Origin: Lophium mytilinum
Taxonomy: Eukaryota
Length of the DNA: 64,000 nt
NCBI GenBank assembly: GCA_010093605.1
Contig: MU004189.1
Coordinates: 62,001-126,000 of the forward strand
Direction: 5' to 3'
Of the stretch, positions 1 through 12,576 are shown one piece after another. Below the pieces are notes generated by a model that saw only the letters and a list, made by a program, of their open reading frames with translations, was not told where the DNA came from and searched no databases. The translations under genes were made by a program, and so were the position numbers. Each line of letters opens with the position of its first letter. Within the stretch, counting starts at the first letter, position 1.

Positions 1-374
1 AAATACAATACCACAGCCTCTTTCAAGTCGTCGTCGTCTTCGTCGTCGTTGTCGTTGTCGTTTCTATCTGGGCTCAAATTCCAATTCCGGATCCGCATCG
101 TCGGATAGAGAGCTCCTCGCCAGCTATGCTTGTGGTTGTGGCTGGAAGGAACCTTGCTTGATGCTTGAAAATTCGAGGAGATTCCTGCTATCTGAATCAT
201 GAAGGTGGTGTTCATATTCGACCCCGCGCCTATCGGCGCAGATCGGCGGGGGTGATGGGGAGGCTGATGTATTCCGGGGTCCGAACTGTGGGGAATGCGG
301 AGAGACCGACTCCCCCGCGACGACGCGTCTTCTGCCTCTACCAACATCTTCACCTTCTACTTAGTTGAGCCATA

Positions 375-1961
375 ATGAGTACCATGAGAACCCTCAAGTC
401 GACGGGGAGCGGGCGCTTCGAGAAGGAGGATCCCATAGCAAAGCAGAGGCGCGAAAAAAAGCGCATCCAGAACCGCAATGCCCAGCGGAGCCACCGAGAG
501 AAACAGGCAGCATACATTCGCACCCTGGAGAAGATGGTGAGCGACGCGGTACCTGCTGGTGGCCAGATGCCAGACGCAGCATGTCAGAGCGCGCAAACGC
601 AGGCGAATTGGATCGAGGAGATTCGCGAGCTTCAGGAGGCCTTGTTGCGCATGCGGAAGAAATTCCAGAGCCTGAGCTTCGCAGCTGCATCAAATGCAGG
701 TACGACTGCGGTCTCATGCGACCTTCAGCAGGCATTCGACTAGATGTGTACTGACAGACAGCTCTGTGCTAGAGGACCTTATCTTCAAACGGATTCTGAA
801 CCTCCAGTCTCTTTCTCGTGCCGAAACACCACGTAGCCCAAGACAACCTCAGCAAGGAACGCCTTTCCACATCGCCCAGTCCGTCGAATCCGTGCTAGAT
901 CCCTCCGGTACCCTGATAGAATGGGGTCAAGATACAGATCTTGCAACGCTCTTCGCCGATGACTACCTTCACAATGGTGCTCCGCCACCTAGCATTCCTT
1001 GCTCCCATTCTGAATTCAACCAAGCACTGGTATTACAACCGAATGTATGCGTCTCTCCACCTGGAAGTGTATCGTCGGCCTCTTCGAAATCATCGCTTGC
1101 CGAATCATTGCGTGTTGAAGACGTGTATCCCTCCACCGACATTTTGGGAGTAGAAAGAACGTTGAAGACGGTACTCGAACAATCAGAAAACCGTGCAGAT
1201 GTCGACAGATCCGTTAGTTTAGCCGTGCGCATCATGTTGAAACGAAGCCCCCTCATCGACGGTATTTTCAGCTTAATGGTACGTCTGCGCCACTACTCAA
1301 TCTCATTGCGGTAGACGAAGTGCATCTAATCAGCCCTAGGGAGGTGCCGAAGCAGTCGAGAGAGTTATCCATTGGAGGATCGCACCGACGGCAGCGAATA
1401 GAGACAAAATCCCCGCGCCTTTCAGACCAACGGTTCTTCAGCAGCACTTCCCGGAGCACAACTACGGCATCGATTTCCTTTACTGGGCCGAACTCCGGGA
1501 TCAATTGATGCTCCAAAACGACATTGACATAGGCCAACTCGTGGAAGACTGCCTACGGAATCTAGTTCAAGAGGTACCGCAGCTAAACCTCTCGCTTCCA
1601 TTGGTGGAGACGTACTTCCATCTTATCGAGCTCGTTCAAACAAATAGCGAGCAGCAGTTGCCGAGTCCCGTCGAGCGTTTCCTTGACTTGACCTACTCTG
1701 ATGACGACCGGGAACCTCTTCGCCTCCATCATCCGCATTACAAGGTTTTTCGTGCGGTGGAGAAATACCAGTTAGACGAGCTGTCGAATAGGAAGATGAT
1801 GCCGAACTTTGCAGAGAAGTATCCCTCCTTAGATCTTACAAATAGTAAGTCCACAATCTACCTTTGACGCTGAATCTCAATCGTCGTAATATGTCGCGAA
1901 AGTTTCAGCTAATTAGGCCTGCACAGTTATAACGAAATTCCCAGTCGCGAGTTTTGGATAG
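375..1961 (+). CDS. bZIP transcription factor with probable C-terminal DUF3425-like region (4 exons)
   Basis: Exon 1 encodes the basic region KKRIQNRNAQRSHREKQAAYIRTLE. GT-AG introns at ~700-761, 1279-1339 and ~1845-1926 join ORFs 375, 694 and 1505. Exon 3 reads FRPTVLQQHFPEHNYGIDFLYWAELRDQL, resembling fungal DUF3425. Stop TAG at 1959-1961. Confidence 0.8.
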
Positions 1962-2977
1962 CTATGAAGCTTGTGAAGGTGCGCGGGCTCGAGGAGATAA
2001 CATGCCGATGAATACCCAGACATTTCTTAAGTGAGCACGGAGGGGTAAAGAGCTGGTGGTAGGGCGCAGAAAGGACAAGAGTTGAGAAGTGAAAAGATGG
2101 ACGCGAAGCACTAGTTAGTGTCCAATGCTTCGCAAACTAGAATCGCTCATAACCTTTGATGAAGGAACCTTGTGCATGCCCAACCGTCTTCTGCGCCTAT
2201 GAGCGGCAAAGAGATGGAGATGGAGGAAAGATGCTATCTTGAAGCGAGCTCCCCGCTCCCCATTGTTTAGCGCAATGACGATGAGTAGCGATGAGCCTGA
2301 AGATAGAAAAGAGCCTCGCATTAAGTTCGATTATGCTTGTAGGAAAAGGTTGCTTGAGGTCATTGGGAAGGCGAATAGAGTCCTCCACAGACTACACCAG
2401 TAATACGGTGTTACAAGCTACAAGCAGTTACGCCACACAGACTCTTCGGACTCTAGCAGTCAAAAACGAAGGTGCTCAGAAGCTGGAACTAGATTCCAAA
2501 ACACCGCGATACTGGCGAGGGGAACACCTAGTCCTACTACTTAAGGTGGCGAAAGCAGAGGATTGTGGGAAGGTTGCAGGAGGGATTATCGTCAGGCTTG
2601 GTTGAAGGCGCTATCTCAAGGATTTCGTCGAGTTAGCAAGAAGCATGTTGGTCCTAGCATGATCGAAAAGCCAGTGGTTTTTCGGGGCTCAGTCGCGATA
2701 GCCTCTCTAAACCCAGGCAGCTACCATTCGAAGCTAAGCTTTGACCGAGGCCTGAGGAGTGGCGCTAGAATATGGGAAAGGGCAGTTTAGTAGACGTCGA
2801 GCTTGAAGATAGGGAGTTTTATAGTAGGATGAGAAGCTGTGCGGCCTGGGAGTTGGCCGAAGCTAGAATAGAACTATTATACGAAAGACTATTGACCTTA
2901 AGACAACTATAGTATTCCGTATTCTACGGTCTCCGGCGCGGAAAATCATCTGCCCGGGGATTCATCTTAGTCTCCTT

Positions 2978-4241
2978 TCATCGCAGTACTTCATTTGAAT
3001 ACTTTTCATAAAGATCCGGGTACCATCTCTTCCCTACGTCTGGATGGCTAAGCACTCTGTTTCTCAACTGAGCCTCTCCAAACTTTACAGACGAATCAGC
3101 CACCCATCTTCTGCCCAGCGGTCAGGACATGAGACTTACACAAGAATATTGCGGGGACAAGAACTCGCTGGGCACGTCCACTGCCCTTTTCTTCCGATCA
3201 TCCGTCACGGGAATCTTTGCGGTAATATGTGCTGCCGACTCCCTCAATTGGTCCAAAGTCAGATCCAACCGGACACCAAGAAAGAAGGGAATGCTATAGC
3301 GAGTCACGTCCGTCGGAGCCTGGCAGAGGTCAGTTGCCAAATCACCTGCAGATGCAGCCAACGTACAATCACTCGATGCGTTGTCGCCCCGCAGATACCA
3401 CCGGTAATTGCTTCAAACCCCTGCTGAATGTTGACGACTAGACTTCCTTCCACGGGCGACACTTCAATCCAGTCGCCATCTTTATTCAGTACCTCGAGAC
3501 CCCCGACGTTATCTTGCGATAGAAATGTAAAGAGCCCTGTCGAGTCTTTGTGAGGGCCCACTCCTTGCGACCCTGGAGCTGCAGGCGGGTACTTCACAAA
3601 TTTCAGCCTGTCCATGTCACCCAGGAATCCATCAAACGTGGTCGGCGGGAGTGATAACGATTCTCCCACAAGTTGCAGGAAAGATCTGGAGAGTGAATGC
3701 ATTCCCGTTAGATATTGCTTCACTAGGGATTCTACCTCGGAATTGGCTGGAAACTGGCTAGGCCCTGCTAACTTCTTCCACTGCGGCTCGTTGACTGCTG
3801 TTGTTGCTTCAACAGGAGTTCCGAAGTCAAATTGCTGCCACAATGCGTTAGGCTGCAACAACTTGAACGATGAAGGAGACCTCGAGCCAGAAAGTAAATG
3901 ACTCTCCTCGTCGGCAAGCATCAGCGAAAAAGTTGTCGGCTTACCTCTCTGAGATCAGTCTGCGCTGCCGTCGTCTCGGATCCAAGCTGAGTGTATCCCA
4001 GGAATGCCGGCGAGTTGCGCATATTGGACTTCTCCTTCACTTCGGTAGGTAATGAAAACACCCATGGCAACGCTTCATGAGTTTCCTTTATCAATGGCTC
4101 CAATCCCGACTCCACAAGGTAGAGGAAGCCAACGACGAAGATAGCATCTCGCAGTTTGATAAGCTCTGCTGCCTTCGTTGTCGGGGTTCTCAGCCGGCTG
4201 TAGTTAATGGTAGGGATGGAAGAAAATGAGGATGGCATCAT
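2978..4241 (-). CDS. Fe(II)/2-oxoglutarate dioxygenase, isopenicillin N synthase-like (DIOX_N + 2OG-FeII_Oxy), 4 exons
   Basis: N-terminal IPTINYS...GFLYL; HxD motif GVGPHKDSTGLFTFLSQD; distal His in ATTHRV; RYSIPFF motif. Three GT-AG introns join ORFs 3921-4241, 3304-3921 and 3122-3361 to a last exon ending HPDVGKRWYPDLYEKYSNEVLR*. Confidence 0.9.
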
Positions 4242-4865
4242 TGCCGTGTAAAATTTACTCTTCCACCAGTGAATTCCTAGGCGGGCTTAAGGTATCGCAG
4301 CTTCTTGTCTCGCGCCTAATGTGAAAGTCTATCTGTTTGACTAGCCAGGCCCACGAAGCCTCTCTCGAGTCCGGCTCCTCCGAAGTCGCTCGAAGCTGTC
4401 AATATCATCCGACTTTCGATAGCCGCTGAAGGCGAGTATCGAACTCCCACTTTGATTTGTGGATCCTGTCAGTAGTACCTAGGCCGAGAGTCATGAAGCT
4501 GTGGAGCTCAGCTGATTCAGTCAGCCGTACTCGACGCTTTCTCCGAATACTTTGTAAAGTCCTAGAGAAAGCCGAAGGACTAATGTTATGCTGTGCCCGT
4601 GGCAGGAAATTGCGTGATGGGACGAATGACTCGTTGGGCGGGCCAAGAGATACGACACACGATCGTGTACCAAAGTACCCCGCTATAACTTACCAGCAAG
4701 CTAATATTCCACGTAGAACATGGCAAATGGATCATAGAGTTTGGAGACCAAGTTGACATACTGAAGGAGTCATTGAATAGTCATTTTTCAAGGTGCAATG
4801 TGCATAGCTCGACTTGAGCCAATATTCTAGCTCTATCGATTTAGAATACTAGTGTCCGGAAGAAT

Positions 4866-6125
4866 CTACAGCGGGACAAATTTCTCATGGCCATCCCACA
4901 AGCTAACAAGCAGCGACCGATCTCCCTTCCAAGGTGTTCGAGCATGCTGGACTGTAAAATTGTCAATCAGCGCAACGTCGCCCGGCTGCCACGGAGTCAA
5001 GAAGCCAATGTCGTCTGAAATCTCAAGCAATCGCTCCTGGAACTCGACTGGGATAGGCGTACCATCCCCATACGTTGTAGGTAGATGGTATTTCTCATCC
5101 TTTCCGCGGTACGGAGGCTCGAGAGCATTGTTGTCTCTTCCTCGTCCATACACGCCTGCAAATCCGTTGAAAAATGTTGGTTTTCCGGTAGAGCCAATGC
5201 GACGGATGGCAGGAAGATGCTGCAAAACATGGAGCGCTCCGTTAGGCTGCCATTCCGCTTTTGCTTGGAGCGTATCGCGTAGCACAGCCTCGACCTTCTC
5301 ACGTTGCACTTCGAGCGAGTCTCCGTCCTTGATCTCGAATCCGTAAGAATCCTGTCCGTCGGTCAATACGTGTTCAGGCTCATTTCGAAAGACTTGCCTT
5401 CCAATTCCATCCAATGTGCCCGGCCTCCGGGTCGTCCTTCGCGGGAAAGTATTGTCTTCCAATGATCCCTTGGATTCAACATCAGCTATGTCCGACTGAG
5501 GATACTATAAGCGTACTCACCTTTCTCGCTCAGGTCTTTCAAGAACTCCGGCAGATCTGCTGCAAGTCTATCGTAGAGCTCGAGAGATGAGAGCAACGGA
5601 GTTTGGCCACCTTGCTCCGGAACCTTCTCAGAAAAGAAGAAGAGAACTCCTGGGAAGTAGGCGCTTCGACCGTACTCGGAATGGTAGTAGAACTTGACAT
5701 CCGGAGGCTCCTCGTTCGCAGTCTTGATGTTAGTTGTCACAGTCGTTCTCTTTCCAGCGAGCCCAACCTCGCGGTGTGGTTGAGGGAGCTGGAATGCAGT
5801 GACAAACTTGGAGAAATCTTGAGCATTCTTGATTGGGAGGCCGCGGATGAGGATTACACCGTCTGTATTCTTGTAAGTAAGCTATGAAGCACATGTTTGC
5901 TCACGGATACTAACGCTGCGAGAGTAGAGACCGAAATGTCCCAGTCTTTGCAATATTCTCTAGATACCCCACGGCGGAGTCTATATCCGCAGGAACTGCC
6001 CCATCTTTAGGATGAAGGCCAAGAGGAAAGGCTTTCCCGTGAACTATTCGACTGTCAGGTATGTCGAATACTTCGAGAGTGAGATCGCTATCTTCAAGCG
6101 TGGTCGTGGAGGTAGTCGTCGCCAT
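4866..6125 (-). CDS. TauD/TfdA / clavaminate-synthase-like Fe(II)/2OG dioxygenase (spliced)
   Basis: ANEEPPDVKFYYHSEY (HxE), GGQTPL, and WQPGDVALIDNFTVQHARTPWKGDRSLLVSL (DN..H.R motif), spread over ORFs 5910-6170, 5486-5740 and 4866-5462. ATG of MATTTSTT at 6125. Confidence 0.88.
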
Positions 6126-6775
6126 GCTCAGTATTGACAGCCGATGGCGACTCAAGTCAAGACTCAGCAATCACTGTATCCCTTTGCGATAGCAGGACTT
6201 TGTGTGCGGCTAATGCTCGAACCAATGAGTCAGTAGTCGCATGATGCCTTCTTAGCAGACGATCCTGATGACCTCCTTCGCGGGGGTCTTCGGACACTTC
6301 GTTGCGAACATCGGCCTTCTATCCGCAGCTTGGTAGGCTTAGTCGCTTGAAACGCATGGCACGCATGGTACATTATCAAAACATGCAGGGTTTTTGACGA
6401 TTTTGGCGTTTTTATATGATTAGCGAGGCACGTATGAACTGGGAATAATGTTGTCATGCTCCTAGCTCCACGCGGTCCCCAAACCACCCACTTTCGGCTA
6501 ACCTTCTAACAACATCATGGAACATGTTTAGCCTAAATGGCATCTACTGGACTATCCGCAGCCCTATCTCGAGTCATCATGCAAGAAAACTGGGACTTTA
6601 CTCGGCTTGCTCGAAACCACGAGGTATTCGTGCTCACCAGCATGAATGACGGTTGACGATAGTTCAGATCCACCGTGGATCTAGATGCACAGTAAGCTCC
6701 AGCTACACCCTTTAAATGCTCATCCTGCATGCGCCTTGAATCCCAGATCGCCGTGCCTCCCAGACATTCGGGATC

Positions 6776-8540
6776 ATGGTAAACGCTCAAATTTCTCCAC
6801 TTGAGGAGAATGTGGCTCGCAAGGATATTGCCCACGTCTCACCTGCTGGTATCGAGGGAAATGTCGATGTCTCCGCCAAGAACCAGTCCTGGAAGAACTA
6901 CTTCTGGGACTCGTGGGACAAGTCGCCTGAGGTAAGCAAATGTTCTCTTCGCCATGAAAGACATGTAGTTGACATCGCTCACCCGATAATCAGGAACGGA
7001 GGTTGCTCTTCAAGCTTGACTTGACCCTCATGACCTTTGGCTGCCTGGGAACGTTTATCAAGTACATTGATAGGTAGGATGCCTCCTCTAACTTCGCGAA
7101 TATCCGCTGACATCGTCCCTACTAGATCCAATATCAACTCCGCATTTGTCTCGGGAATGAAAGAGGACCTTCGGCTTTATGGCAACGAACTCAACTACGC
7201 TAGTACCGCCTTCTCCATCGCGAACATCATCGGCTTATGGCCATGCAACCTAATTCTCACTCGATCGAATCCGAAATGGTTCATCCCACTCCTAGAGGCT
7301 GGGTGGACGATTTGCACCTTTGCACAGGCAGCGATGAAAGCACCACTTCAGATGTATGTCTTGAGGACTCTGACGGGCCTGTTTGAAACTGGCCACTACT
7401 CTGCTATCGTGTACCTCTGCGGCGCTTGGTACCAGAAGGCGGAGCTGTCAAGAAGACTCGCCATCATCAACTGTGCTACCGCCATTGGGCCCATGTTCAG
7501 CTCATACTTGCAAGCGGCCGCATATACCGGACTAAATGGTAGACACGGTATGGCAGGTTGGCAGTGGCTCTTTATCATTGATGGCGTCATCTCCATCGGT
7601 ATCATCATCCCACAGTGCTTATTCTACCCCGACGTTCCCTCACGTCAAAAGCCTGACTGGGTCTTCACCGAGAAGGCAAGTTCTCCAAAGACATCGACAT
7701 GAAGCTCCTCTAACATCGAAACAGGAAATCGAAATAGCTCGAGACCGAAACCCTCGTGAAGGAAGAGTCAAGCAGGGCAAATTCACCAGAACGCAAATGA
7801 AGCGTTGGCTTCTGACTCCCGATATCTGGCTTCTCTGGCTCATCTCGATCGGCAACTCCATCGGTAATCAGCCATCGAGCTCTATGGCTTTCTGGCTGAA
7901 AGCCTGGAATAAGAAGCATCCTAAGTCCTTCACCGTTCCGCAAATCAACAACTACACGACTCCAATCCAAGCCGTCACGGTCGTGGTGACCCTCTTCATG
8001 GCATGGTCGAGCGACACATGGCTAGGCGGCCGGCGATGGCCAATGCTGGTAGTAGGCGGGGTGGTGAATGGCATTGTCTGTATCCTTCTGGGCTCCACAC
8101 CTGTTTTTCCCAAAAATCGCGCCTTTCGCTGGTTTCTCTACTACCAAACCGGCTGGGCGCAAGCCAGCAATAGCATGTTCTGGGCATGGACGCAAGATAC
8201 TCTATCTGGCGATCCTGGAACTCGTGCCTGGGCATCCGCTGGACTCAACGTCTGGGCTTGGACATTCATTGCGACCGTGCCGCTGGCTGTTTTCAAGACC
8301 ACCGATCAGCCCGCTGTCGTTGCTGGAAACTTTACAGCCGCTGGGTTCTGCTTTACTGTTGCAATCGGGGCTGTTGCGCTTGCGTATCTACAGCACCGGC
8401 GGTCTTTGACCAGCGGTGGGGATGGCTCAATCGACGACTCTCAAGGCTCAGACTCCGAGATTCGCTCTAGCGACAATGCTGATGGGTTGGTTTATGACGA
8501 TTCCAAGATCGTTAGAACGGGCATAAAGGCGGTAGCTTGA
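6776..8540 (+). CDS. MFS transporter, Dal5/allantoate permease (Fen2/Liz1/Seo1-like) family, 4 exons
   Basis: WDSWDKSPEERRLLFKLD...SNINSAFVSGMKEDLRLYGNELNY, GAWYQKAELSRRLA and GWQWLFIIDG motifs, with multiple hydrophobic helices. One intron is GC-AG (7676-7724). Confidence 0.9.
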
Positions 8541-8828
8541 TATCGTTCAACTCTGGGGATTCCCGAATGGAGTAGATATGTATTTATTCTGGAAGGCGGT
8601 ATCAGTGACTCATTGGGGATCAGCAGCTGGTAACCTGCTTTTAGATACCGTGAAGGCCCACAGGCAAATGCAACTACAGTCGAAGTGCCCACACCAACGC
8701 TGAAGATCGACATCTGTGCAGTGATGACGCCTTCGCGAAGTATCCACATCAAAGTGACATATAAGACAACGAAGCCACCTGAAAGTCGATACTCTAACTC
8801 CTCGCCAAGTCTAATACCAAGGTCTAGA

Positions 8829-9937
8829 ATGTCTACCCCCGTGAAGATGGAATACCGGCATCTCGGTCGAACTGGTCTCAAGGTTTCCGCCATTTCTCTT
8901 GGCAGCTGGATCACGTATGGAGGACATGTCGATAACGGTATTACATCCTCGAAGGAAGCAGCAGTCTGGTCTTTGACTATGCTAATTCATTCTTCCTAGA
9001 ACACGCATTCGACATCTTCAAGAAGGCGTACGACGCGGGCATCAACTTCTTCGATACCGCAGAGAACTACTCCGCCGGGAAAGCCGAGATCGTGCTCGGG
9101 AAAGCCATCAAGAAATTCGGCTGGAAGCAGAACGACCTCGTGATATCCACAAAAGTGTATTTCGGCCTCAACAACTCCGCTGACCCTTCCAATCCCATCA
9201 ACAATGTCGGTCTCTCCCGCAAGTACATCATTGAAGGCCTTAATCTCTCCCTCAAACGCCTAGACTTGCCTTATGTCGACATTGTCTACGCCCACCGTCC
9301 AGACCGCGACACTCCCATTGAAGAGATTGTACGAGGCTTCAACTATCTCATCAATTCCGGCAAGTCTTTTTACTGGGGCACTTCCGAGTGGAGCGCAGTC
9401 GAAATCGCGGACGCATGGCGCGTCGCTGACAAGCTCAACCTCATTGGACCCGCGGTCGAGCAACCGCAGTACAACCTCCTCGTGCGAGAGAAAGTCGAGA
9501 ACGAGTTCCGCTGGCTGTACGAGAAGTATGGGCTTGGCCTTACTGTCTTCTCGCCGCTGAAGCAAGGCATTCTAACGGGTAAGTACAACGGGCAGAGCCA
9601 GCCTCCACCCGACAGTCGGCTTGCTACGGCCAAAGACAAGTACTCGGTTGCGTACAGCAAGACCTTCGGGAACGAGACGTGGCAGCGCGAGTTGGACTTA
9701 GTAGAGAAGCTGAAGCCGGTGGCGGAGGAATTGGGCGTTTCACTGGCGCAGCTGGCGTTGGCTTGGGTGTTGAAGAATGAGAATGTTTCATCGGTCATCA
9801 TCGGCGCCTCGAGTCCGGCTCAAGTTGATGAGAATGTGGCAGCTTTGGAAGTCGCAAAGAAGCTTAGTGGCGATCAATTGCAAAAGATTGATGAAGTTTT
9901 GGGGAATGGTTTTGAGAAGCCTCCGCGACGGTTCTAG
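8829..9937 (+). CDS. Aldo-keto reductase, Kv-beta/AKR6-like (2 exons)
   Basis: MEYRHLGRTGLKVSAISLGSW, GINFFDTAENY, DLVISTK, YAHRPD, YWGTSEWSA, EQPQYNLL and SPLKQGILTGKY. Intron at ~8938-8999. Confidence 0.92.
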
Positions 9938-10129
9938 AGTCTAGGTATCGCACCCCAAGAATTGAGTATATATCAGAAGCCCTATATGCATAGAATCTTG
10001 GGATTGGTACATAGTGCCTCGAAGGAAGAGCATCTCCCGATCATTGGAAAGGATGCCAACTCTTTGCATTTTCTCTTTCCTTCCACTCTAGGCGCGCTGC
10101 CGCGTATTTCACATGACATCCCTAACCGT

Positions 10130-11391
10130 TCAAGGTTCGAGTAAGCCTTTCTTGATGATATGATCTGGCGTCGGCCGTTCAGCCTTGACGTAGTCAATAC
10201 TCTCACGCGTCTGCTCAAGATAAACGCTTCCAAACCTCAGCAGCTCCGCGAAAGTACCTGGAGCAATATCAACGTCCTTGTTCTCCTTTGCGTCCAAAAA
10301 TATGCCGAGGGCAGGAGTTTGGGTGAGATGCTTCCCGTGGGTAATCTTTTGCAAGCTCGACTTCGTCAGAAGCCTCCAGATAGCTTTGTAAGCCGTCTGA
10401 TACTCCTTCGACTCTGGATCTGCATCCCGTTTGGTCACCAGCATATCAAAGAGAGCTTGACCCGTAAATCCCACTTGCTGCTCGGCAGCCCAGCTTTCGG
10501 TCAGTGAGTCGAAGAGCAGGATCTTGTTTGCCCAGTACTCCACGCCATTGAAACCGCCATTTGGTTCTTCGAGCATGCACAAGCGCAGCCAAGCGACGCA
10601 CTGGCCGATGTAGCCCATGACCGTCAACTCGTCGACCTTGAAGTCCCATTTGAAGCCACGCGCAACGGAGTCTTCGAATTTGACGTCTTTGACAAATCCA
10701 ATGAGCGGGCTTTGAACGATGCCACTGTGGTCGTTTTGACCCTTCCAGAAATGGACAAAAAGATCGTGCCTTCACAAAATACGTCAGTAACGAGCTGGCG
10801 GTTGGAAAATAAATCTACTGACCAGTGCTTAATGAAAGGATCCCCCTTCCGACTAGCCACAAAATGATTCGCCATGACTTGCCCATACATCCACGGGACC
10901 GACACCTCAAATGGCGAGTTCGGATCCTCAAGCTGATCCCAGCATATCTTGTCAAGATGGCGGATAAGGACAATACCAACATCCATCCAGACTCCTCCGT
11001 GTGTGTATAGCGCAGCACCACGTTGGAAATCAGCACTATGTGGGCCCGTGTACGGTCCAGCCATGGTGCCTTTCACGAAGGCTTCCGGAAGCATGTCGGC
11101 GTCTAGCCATGTCAAGGCATGGTTTGGAGAATCGGGGACTGTGTCGAGGACGCGAACAGTCCAGGATGGACCGAGAAGGCGGACCCAGTTTACTATGTTG
11201 CGCTGGCACCAAGTGGGCATTGATCGGAGACCGGAATGCCAATATGTCCATACATTTTTCTCGGAGGTAATGGGAGTGTGTTTTGTGAGTGAGTCGAGAA
11301 TCTCCTCGTCGGATCGCTTGTCTAGAGCATCGACGAATCGAACTTGGGAGGCGAACTCCTCCGGGATGGTAAAATTGGAGCGTTGCATCAT
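10130..11391 (-). CDS. Capsule-polysaccharide-synthesis (Caps_synth / DxD glycosyltransferase-like) protein, 2 exons
   Basis: EKNVWTYWHSG..MPTWCQRN, HSADFQRGAALYTHGGVWMDVG and NHFVASRKGDPFIKHW. An intron at ~10770-10822 joins it to ORF 10130-10627. Confidence 0.8.
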
Positions 11392-12576
11392 GGAACGCAA
11401 TCGAGACGGTAGAGCGAACAGAACACTATCTAGGAGGAAATGCGGCAGACAATGTTTAAGAAATTGAATGAGAGCTGAGCTCGTTGACTCTTCTTATAGC
11501 ACAGCAGATACATAGCCACATGCCCCTCGATAAGCACTAAAGCTCTGTACGCTATACGCTAAACGCTAACGGTCTACATGGCTATTCTATAGGCTCGGCT
11601 TCTCTAGGAGAAACTCGCGAGGACTCTCTATTCTAGCGCTGACTAGCGGCCGGCAAACCACCACAGTAATCTTACCCTATGTAGCTACCTTGCCAAAATG
11701 GTCAGAATGTGAACTATATCCTGACGTGGAGACTATTTCCTGACGCAAGTCCACATTTGCCCTCACCGCTTCTCTACCAAATGAAACCTCGTCGATGGTA
11801 ACGGGGAGGGGACTATTGGTACGACTGAGAGAGAGAATACTCCACTGCAATGTTCGACCTCGTCTTCCTGCATGACAGCTCATCCAACTGGTATCTTTTA
11901 ACCGTTGCCCTCTGGTGTTCTCCTCTTCTTGCCTTCTTCTCTTCTCTGTATACTGGTCGTTGGCAGGATTCAAGCTGTCTCCCCTCGTCCACGTTTGCTT
12001 GCTTCCCATTGTCGTCATCGTGTCTACTCGCCGGCAGTTTTTTGTAGATTTGTAATCATCGTGAAGCTGGACAGTGCACCAGGCCTATGGGCATTGTCAT
12101 CCACCCTTATCGGCGAAAGTCATTCCTATTCAACACAAAATTAGCAAGTGATATACCTTAACTTCGACTCAATGTTTACCTCGTTACTTTAGGGGCGCCG
12201 CAGTCCCGTACCCCTTGTCAAAGCTCGTTGACGCCTCATCGCACATTCTTCTCCTCTGATGATGTCGTCGAGGAAAAAGATGCCGAGGGGCCCGTGCATC
12301 TGCCGCGGAAGAATACGACACTTGACATCTAGGCTCCACTTCGTCTCATGTCCATCTCCATTCCATTCACGACAATGCCAAAGTTGACAAGCAGACACCT
12401 TCATAATCGTGGCATGACCGATCAGCATCCAACGCTTTCGAAACATCCAAGGAAATGTGGTCTATTTTTCCTAGGCCCAACCACCATATTCTTTAACGCC
12501 GGGCACTAACGACAAGCCATACTGGAGTGACTGGTATTACGGCAAGAAGGTCGAAGTTGTAACCAAGGTGAACGAT

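Noticed and set aside
1..130. GTC/GTT trinucleotide run that reads as poly-Asp on the minus strand
   Set aside because: No clear start or recognisable domain and it sits at the window edge; cannot distinguish a microsatellite from a gene fragment.
2100..2900. Short ORFs between the bZIP and dioxygenase genes; possible decayed gene
   Set aside because: No recognisable motif in any frame inspected.
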